This document shows positions 57,742 to 64,000 of a DNA stretch of 64,000 nt, in pieces. The stretch comes from Spirochaetia bacterium (GTDB lineage: Bacteria > Spirochaetota > Spirochaetia > UBA9216). Numbering within the stretch: position 1 is the first letter of the stretch; each line of letters begins with the position of its first letter. The stretch spans positions 1,088,001 through 1,152,000 of the forward strand of contig OZ223269.1 in assembly GCA_965140585.1 (NCBI GenBank), read 5' to 3'. A model generated the notes under the pieces. It was given only the letters and a program-made list of their open reading frames with translations, did no database searches and was not told the origin of the DNA. Both the position numbers and the translations under genes were made by a program.

Positions 57742-58248
57742 ATGGCGGAAATAACATTTAAGGGCAATAAAATAAATACTTCAGGCAGTCTGCCTGCAGC
57801 AGGAGCCTCAGCACCTGCATTCGAACTCGTTAAAAATGATCTTTCAACCGCAGGGTTGTCCGATTACAAGGGTAAAAAGGTGATTCTCAATATTTTTCCA
57901 AGTCTTGATACATCTGTATGTGCAACATCGGTGCGAAAATTTAATGCTGAACTTAACAAACTCGACAATACATCAGTTCTCTGTATCTCTGCAGACCTTC
58001 CTTTTGCACATTCAAGATTCTGTACGACAGAAGGTATTGAAAAAGTTGAATCGCTCTCAGTATTCAGAAATCCTGAGTTTGGAAAGGATTACGGCGTACT
58101 TATGACCGACGGACCGCTTGCAGGACTGCTCTCAAGGGCTGTTGTTGTCCTGGACGGTGAAGGTAAGGTTGTCTACACAGAACAAGTTCCCGAGATTGCA
58201 CAGGAGCCGGATTATGCTAAGGCACTGGAAGCTGTAAACAGTCTTTGA
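57742..58248 (+). CDS. tpx: Thiol peroxidase
   Basis: ITFKGN, PSLDTSVC, ISADLPFA..RFC, GLLSRAV, EPDY. Confidence 0.96.
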   Translation: MAEITFKGNKINTSGSLPAAGASAPAFELVKNDLSTAGLSDYKGKKVILNIFPSLDTSVCATSVRKFNAELNKLDNTSVLCISADLPFAHSRFCTTEGIEKVESLSVFRNPEFGKDYGVLMTDGPLAGLLSRAVVVLDGEGKVVYTEQVPEIAQEPDYAKALEAVNSL

Positions 58249-58310
58249 ATTAACCGAACTCTCACGAAAATCTAATAAAAACAGACGTCTTTTTCATTAG
58301 CAATTAAGTA

Positions 58311-60107
58311 ATGAAAATCACGACAAAATATAATCTGCTCAGTATGCTGATACTGAGCGGATTTTTAACTCTGCTTACTTTTTCTTTTTTATTCATGCAG
58401 CTTACCGTTAAGTCAATAAATGAACAGCAGGCCATTGACGAATACATCAGTTCGCTCCAGGAGAGTGAAAACCTTCTTTTACTCCAGCTTAACCAGGGCT
58501 ACCGGATACTGCTCACTCATGATGGTTCGGTCAGCGGTGAAATACTTGTTGAATATAAACTTACCAATTCCCGGCTGAAACAGAAGATAGAAAACCTTTT
58601 ATCTGAAAGCAGTAATTTTAATTTTAATGGCAGTGAACAGATCATAAACGATATTTCGAATCTTTATACAGTCATTCAGGAACAACTGATACTGAAAATA
58701 AACAATAATCAGGCTGTAGATCCTGTAAATGCCACTTCGATCCTGACAGACAACTATAACAGACTGAAAAACGGACTTAACCGATATTTCTCTGATATCC
58801 GGCAGATTAAACTGGATATTTTAAAATCTATTGAAATTGATATACGCAATTTTAGAATTATTTTTATCGCTATATTTATTTTAATTCTTTCCGGACTTGC
58901 TTTTTCAATCTTTTATTTCAGAAATACTGTTATCGGAACTATAAAAACCACAGGTGATGAAATACGGAAGCTGTCAGAAGGCGGTGAAGGCCTTAATTTC
59001 AGATTTAAATCAACAGGAAAGGATGAACTGGGCAGCCTGCGGGAGAATTTTAATAACTTCTCAGACAACCTCAGCAATATGCTTGAGGTACTGTTCTCTG
59101 CTATCAGAATAACCTCCGAACTGAGTGGAGACCTGGAACAGAACATATTAAAGAATTTCAATACATCATCCTCCTTAAAAACAACCAGCGAGAACCTCTA
59201 TGATTTTTTCGGAATCATTAATGAAGCCGTGATGAGTATATCCGAATCAATAGAAACAATTTCACATAACTCTGCAAATCTAACTTCAGATGCCAAAACA
59301 CAGTCTGAAATCTTTGAAAAAACAGTTTCAGAAATGGAAAAGATGCATGAAGAGCTAAGCCGGGTAAAAACATTCGGAGATGAGAACCGGGAACTTTCTG
59401 AGGTTCTAATATCAGAAACAACCAGAGGCTCCGGTCTGGTCAGTACTCTGGATAATCAGACCTCGCGAATCTCTGAACAGGCAGGAACAATACGGACAAT
59501 AAATGAGCTGATGGAGAATGTGTCTGCAGAGATAAACATTCTGAGTATTAACGCTGCTATAGAAGCATCAAGAGCCGGGCAGTACGGCCACGGTTTTAAA
59601 GTTGTCTCAAAGGAGATATCAGCTCTTGCATTAAAGGTGAAGAAAGGGTCTGATGAAACCAGAGACAAACTGCAGCTGATAATTGATTCAATAGAAAATT
59701 TAAAAATAGTCAGCAGTGAGAACCGCCTTATTTTTGGAAAGATTGAAAAAATCTCCGGCGAGGTAAACAGTAAAATAACAAAGACTTCCGAATCGCTTTC
59801 GGCAACAGAAGAGAAGGGCACAACAGTCAACAGCGAGTTTCAAAAACTGAAAACCGCAAATGACAATATCACCGGTTCTGCTGAATATATCGATGACACT
59901 ATTAAAAAGATTGGAATATCAGCCGCCGAACTTAAAGGCGGTTTTAATACAGCTGTAAGCGATCTTGATATTATAAGAGATGAAAGTGGAAACCTCTTCA
60001 ACCTCACAAAACAGCTTGAAATCAACGGAAAGAAAAACATGCAGATTACCGAAGCGCTTACCGCACACGTTAATCACTTCACCGGGGATGAAAATACAGC
60101 GGGGTAG
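58311..60107 (+). CDS. Methyl-accepting chemotaxis protein
   Basis: 2 TM helices, HAMP (KDELG.L..NFN), signalling motif INILSINAAIEASRAGQYGHGFKVVS.EI..LA. Confidence 0.92.
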   Translation: MKITTKYNLLSMLILSGFLTLLTFSFLFMQLTVKSINEQQAIDEYISSLQESENLLLLQLNQGYRILLTHDGSVSGEILVEYKLTNSRLKQKIENLLSESSNFNFNGSEQIINDISNLYTVIQEQLILKINNNQAVDPVNATSILTDNYNRLKNGLNRYFSDIRQIKLDILKSIEIDIRNFRIIFIAIFILILSGLAFSIFYFRNTVIGTIKTTGDEIRKLSEGGEGLNFRFKSTGKDELGSLRENFNNFSDNLSNMLEVLFSAIRITSELSGDLEQNILKNFNTSSSLKTTSENLYDFFGIINEAVMSISESIETISHNSANLTSDAKTQSEIFEKTVSEMEKMHEELSRVKTFGDENRELSEVLISETTRGSGLVSTLDNQTSRISEQAGTIRTINELMENVSAEINILSINAAIEASRAGQYGHGFKVVSKEISALALKVKKGSDETRDKLQLIIDSIENLKIVSSENRLIFGKIEKISGEVNSKITKTSESLSATEEKGTTVNSEFQKLKTANDNITGSAEYIDDTIKKIGISAAELKGGFNTAVSDLDIIRDESGNLFNLTKQLEINGKKNMQITEALTAHVNHFTGDENTAG

Positions 60108-60148
60108 TTAACACTAAATGTTTTGTTTATAATGAGCCCGGAGAAATA

Positions 60149-61006
60149 ATGGCAAATATTAACTGGTTCCCCGGACATATGAACAGGACTAAGCGTCTCA
60201 TCTCTGAACAGATGAACCGCATCGATATTATTCTTGAAGTGATAGACGCAAGAATTCCGGAATCGAGCAGAAATCCCCTGCTGCATGAAATAACAAGTGG
60301 TAAACCTCATATAATTATTCTGAATAAAACGGATCTTGCGGATGCAGAAAGTTCAGAAGACTGGTATCGCTGTCTCAAAGAATCTTATACAGATATAGTC
60401 CGTGTTTCCACAACCCAGCCGGCATCCTACAACTCAATAGTGCCCCTATGCAGAAAAATTGTCGACAGCACCCGTACCGGCGGAAACAGAACCAAGATAA
60501 ACGCCATGATAGCGGGCATTCCCAATGTCGGTAAATCCACACTGGTTAACCGGCTGAAGAAGCAGAAAAAAGCTTCAGTACAGAACAAGCCCGGACATAC
60601 CAAAGATTTCCAGAGGATTGTTCTTTCAAACGACTTCACTCTTATTGATACTCCCGGTCTTCTCTGGCATAAATTTGAACCGGAAATCGGCTATAAACTT
60701 GCAATCCTCGGATCAATCAAGGATGCAATACTCGATATCTATGATATAGCATTCAGAGCCGCTGATATTATGGCTGAACTGTATCCGGAAGAGCTCAAGT
60801 CAAGATTCAAACTGGAATCAATACCGGAAAAAACTGAGCTTCTTATTGAGGAAATAGGCAGGAATAGAGGATTTCTGCTGAAAGGCGGAGTCGTTGATAC
60901 CGAGAGAGCCTGTAAAATTCTGCTTTCAGAGATAAGAGACGGAAAAATCTGTCCGCTGACTTTAGATGTCCCCGGTGCCGGTTCAGAACAGTCTGTCTCA
61001 GATTAG
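60149..61006 (+). CDS. rbgA: Ribosome biogenesis GTPase YlqF/RbgA
   Basis: NWFPGHM, DARIP.SS.NP, NKTDL, GIPNVGKST, DTPG. Confidence 0.95.
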   Translation: MANINWFPGHMNRTKRLISEQMNRIDIILEVIDARIPESSRNPLLHEITSGKPHIIILNKTDLADAESSEDWYRCLKESYTDIVRVSTTQPASYNSIVPLCRKIVDSTRTGGNRTKINAMIAGIPNVGKSTLVNRLKKQKKASVQNKPGHTKDFQRIVLSNDFTLIDTPGLLWHKFEPEIGYKLAILGSIKDAILDIYDIAFRAADIMAELYPEELKSRFKLESIPEKTELLIEEIGRNRGFLLKGGVVDTERACKILLSEIRDGKICPLTLDVPGAGSEQSVSD

Positions 61007-61012
61007 TTCCTA

Positions 61013-61981
61013 CTACAGACTGTTTACTTCATTCAAATCAGGCATTGAGGCAATAGCACCTATCTTCGTGCAGACGACAGCACCAACCTTGTTTCCGAAG
61101 GCTGTGATATCCTTAACCCGGCTGAAATCAGACATAAACTCAAAGGGGTTATCATCCAAAGCAATCCGGTATAAAACAGCGCCTGTGAATGCGTCACCTG
61201 CGCCTGTGGAGTCTATCGACTTAATTCTGATGCTCTCGACAATTGCACTTTCGACGGAGGCAGCAGAATAAACGTATGTACCCCGGCTTCCGAGAGTTAT
61301 CATAACCACCGCGTTTTTTTTCACATGAAGTGACTTAACAGCTGTTTCAATATCATCGATTCCGGTAAGGAATTTCAGCTCATCATCACTTAATTTTATC
61401 AGATCAGCCCTGTTGATAAAATATTCTGATAATTTTATAAACTCATCATCCCGGTTCTTCCAGAGATCGATCCGGTAGTTCGGGTCAAAGGATATGTAGA
61501 TTCTGTTTTCGGTGCAGAAATCAAGAAGTTCCGAATATGTTGACTTCAGACTTCCGTTTAGAAATCCTGTTGCGGACCCAAAGTGCACAAGAGCTGATTT
61601 TTTAATTTTATCAGTATCAATATCGGTCATCAGAAGTTCCGCATCAGCGCCGCGATTGAATACAAAATCACGTTCACCGCTTGCCTGCAAAGATACAAAG
61701 GCAAGGGTAGTGGAATGCTGAGCGCTGAACTTCATCATGGATGTATCAACTCCAACTTCCTTTATGCTTTTCTCAAGAAATGTTCCGAAGGGGTCTGCAC
61801 CTACGGCTCCGATAAAGGCCGCTCTTCCGCCGAGCTTTGCAATGGCTGCCGTTACATTCGCCGGAGCACCTCCGGCCATCTTTTTGAAATTTAGGCCCTC
61901 GGCCAGACTTGAATCAATATCTGTGCATATAAAATCTATAAGCAGTTCACCAATACAGCTGATTGTTTTCATATTAGTCAC
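61013..61981 (-). CDS. PfkB-family sugar kinase (fructokinase-like)
   Basis: GELLIDF, GGAPANV, FDPNYR, DSTGAGDAF. Confidence 0.92.
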   Translation of the reverse strand: MTNMKTISCIGELLIDFICTDIDSSLAEGLNFKKMAGGAPANVTAAIAKLGGRAAFIGAVGADPFGTFLEKSIKEVGVDTSMMKFSAQHSTTLAFVSLQASGERDFVFNRGADAELLMTDIDTDKIKKSALVHFGSATGFLNGSLKSTYSELLDFCTENRIYISFDPNYRIDLWKNRDDEFIKLSEYFINRADLIKLSDDELKFLTGIDDIETAVKSLHVKKNAVVMITLGSRGTYVYSAASVESAIVESIRIKSIDSTGAGDAFTGAVLYRIALDDNPFEFMSDFSRVKDITAFGNKVGAVVCTKIGAIASMPDLNEVNSL

Positions 61982-61988
61982 TCCGTTG

Positions 61989-62729
61989 TTAATCTATTTC
62001 AGGATAGAAAATATCAACCGCCGAATCAAGTTTATATATCACATCCTTTCTTTCAACCCTGATTTTTACCCTGCCGGACAGGTCTTCATCATTTTTAAGG
62101 TTCTGAATAAGTTCGCGGGTAGGATTGATTGCCACCGGGTTGCCGACCATTCTGAACATGGAAAGATCGCCGTTGGTATCACCATAGGCATAGCTTTTAG
62201 AGAGATCGATATCATATTTTTCACATAATCCGTTTATAGCTTTTTCCTTGTTTCCGGCATCCCACATGGCACTTACCTCACCGGTGTATCTGCCTTTTTC
62301 ATCAACATGGTATTTTGTTCCCGCGCATTCGGTAATTCCGTACCTTTTAGCCATTCTGTGAACAAGGTAATCAGGACTTCCCGATATGAAAAAGACAAAG
62401 TGTCCCGACTTTTTATGTTCCCTTATTTTATTCCGGGTATACATATATACCTTGTCGCCCTTAAGCTTTATCACCTGATCTGTAACAAAATCCATCTTGG
62501 ATTTTTCAAGCCCCTTAAGTGATTCAACGTAGATAGCGGAAAGTTCAAGCAGATAATCATCATAGTTTCCCCGGCGTTTTTTCCAGTTTTCATAGGTATG
62601 TTTCACATTGCTGTGCCAGAGGGCTTCGTCAAGAACTTCGTATTTAAGCAGTTTTTTAAAATGTTCAATCATCAGAGAATCCCTGTAAAGAGTCCCGTCG
62701 ATATCAAAAAAAGCAGCGGTATGTTTCAT
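61989..62729 (-). CDS. HAD-superfamily hydrolase, subfamily IB
   Basis: FFDIDGTL, ISGS, K, AYGDTNGD; likely start MKHTAA at 62729. Confidence 0.92.
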   Translation of the reverse strand: MKHTAAFFDIDGTLYRDSLMIEHFKKLLKYEVLDEALWHSNVKHTYENWKKRRGNYDDYLLELSAIYVESLKGLEKSKMDFVTDQVIKLKGDKVYMYTRNKIREHKKSGHFVFFISGSPDYLVHRMAKRYGITECAGTKYHVDEKGRYTGEVSAMWDAGNKEKAINGLCEKYDIDLSKSYAYGDTNGDLSMFRMVGNPVAINPTRELIQNLKNDEDLSGRVKIRVERKDVIYKLDSAVDIFYPEID

Positions 62730-62780
62730 AACAGGATAATTATACAGCATATGCCCGGTTATGAAACATTTTTATTGCTG

Positions 62781-64000
62781 TTATCTGAAAAGCAGATGAA
62801 TATACAGGCTTGATGCCCCTAGAGTGATAAGAGTAATAAAGGTTCCGTACTTCGTAAACTCAAAGAAAGAAATCCTGTATCCGTTTTTGCCGGCGATGCC
62901 CGCACCAACGACATTGGCTGAAGCCCCTATCAATGTACCGTTACCGCCGAGGCAGGAACCAAGTGCAAGAGACCACCAGACAGGGTTAACCGCATCGGGG
63001 CCCAGAGTTTCACCCATATGCTCCACCAGCGGAACCATAGTTGCAACGTAGGGGATATTATTCACAATTGTAGATATGAAGCCCGAAAACCAGAGTGTAA
63101 GCTGTGAGGTTAGCGGAATATTACCCTCAGTAAGTGACAGAAGTCCCTGAGAAAGTTTTCCTATAACACCCAGTTCAACCAGTCCTCCTACCATGATAAA
63201 AAGTCCTATAAAGAAAAATATTGTTCCCCATTCAACTTCATGAAAGTATTTATCAACTTCCTCTCCGCCGGCTAGAAGCATCAGGACAGCAGCACCGCAG
63301 AGAGCTATTGTTGCCGGCTTTATTCCTATCAAATCGTGCAGAAGGAAGGCTGCAATTACAAGACCTATTACTGTAAGTGATTTTATCAAAAGCCCCTTGT
63401 CCTTTATTGACTGTCTTTCATCGAATTCCATAATTCTGGCTCGTCTTTCGATACTTACCTTCAGTTTTTTACTGAAGAGAAAATAAAGAACCACACAGAG
63501 AATTATAAAGTTTATAACTACAATCGGGCCAAGTGTGATGATAAAATCCAGAAATCCGAAATCTGCGGCACTTCCAATCATAATATTCGGAGGGTCACCA
63601 ATAAGTGTAGCGGTACCGCCAATATTTGAGGCAATAGCACTGGTTATTACAAAAGGAATAGGATCGACTCCCAGCTCTACAGCTATAAGTATTGTTACAG
63701 GTGTAAGAATCAGAACTGTTGTAACATTATCCAGTATTGCCGAGAAGACAGCGCTCAGAAAGGCAAAAAGAAGCAGTATTTTGAAAGGATCGCCCTTTAC
63801 TGCTTTTGCGGTAACTATTGCCGCATACTGGAAGATCCCTGAGTTCTTCGTGATTCCGACGATTACCATCATTCCTATAAGCAGAAAGATTACATTCCAG
63901 TCAACCTCAGAAAACGCAGTCTCCTGGTCTATTATTCCGGCAATTATAAAAATAACGGCACCAAGTAGTGCAAGAATAGTCTGATTGATTTTTTCAAGGG
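62781..64000 (-). CDS. ArsB/NhaD-family (IT superfamily) transporter, 5' end beyond the window
   Basis: LDNVTTV, SNIGG.ATLIGDPPNI, NNIPYV, LGGNGTLIGASAN; frame open to the right edge. Confidence 0.92.
   Translation of the reverse strand, partial: LEKINQTILALLGAVIFIIAGIIDQETAFSEVDWNVIFLLIGMMVIVGITKNSGIFQYAAIVTAKAVKGDPFKILLLFAFLSAVFSAILDNVTTVLILTPVTILIAVELGVDPIPFVITSAIASNIGGTATLIGDPPNIMIGSAADFGFLDFIITLGPIVVINFIILCVVLYFLFSKKLKVSIERRARIMEFDERQSIKDKGLLIKSLTVIGLVIAAFLLHDLIGIKPATIALCGAAVLMLLAGGEEVDKYFHEVEWGTIFFFIGLFIMVGGLVELGVIGKLSQGLLSLTEGNIPLTSQLTLWFSGFISTIVNNIPYVATMVPLVEHMGETLGPDAVNPVWWSLALGSCLGGNGTLIGASANVVGAGIAGKNGYRISFFEFTKYGTFITLITLGASSLYIHLLFR

Noticed and set aside
1-64000. CRISPR array, integrase, transposase, reverse transcriptase, tRNA or rRNA
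   Set aside because: No regularly spaced repeat-spacer array or matching protein motifs seen; the only tRNA-like sequence is the tmRNA. The many short antisense ORFs in the track are shadows of real genes

Overview
Bacterial chromosomal window, most likely from a spirochaete (Spirochaetales). The evidence is the smpB / PEGA-FGE / tandem lepB / hemW neighbourhood, the yebC-ruvCAB-queA order and many lipoprotein-type genes. Bases 1 to ~16.2 kb form a visibly AT-rich accessory region. It holds two Flavo-1-like structured repeats bracketing an Ig-domain gene fragment, then a 1157-aa secreted Ig/PKD/beta-helix protein. Next comes a 3349-aa signal-peptide-bearing Rhs/YD toxin with an HFS (ZU5-like) motif, a DPxG site and a CHAP-like C-terminal domain, followed by a secreted putative immunity protein. 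The region ends with two GC-rich palindromic elements and a decayed HigBA-like toxin-antitoxin pair. The rest is mostly housekeeping: D-LDH, tmRNA, smpB, two lepB, hemW, glyA, Sir2, MarR, yebC-ruvCAB-queA, trkAH, nadE, MrfAB-like helicase/exonuclease, class II RNR with an NrdR box, tag, tpx, an MCP, rbgA, PfkB, HAD and an ArsB/NhaD transporter. An uncharacterised envelope cluster at 41.6-51.2 kb encodes an FGE/CLec lipoprotein, a membrane-bound Cys-rich winged-helix regulator beside a lipoprotein, and transglutaminase-like and vWA proteins. Many genes show a leaderless-promoter signature. No integrase, transposase, reverse transcriptase or CRISPR array was seen. All family calls come from motif recognition by eye, without database searches.
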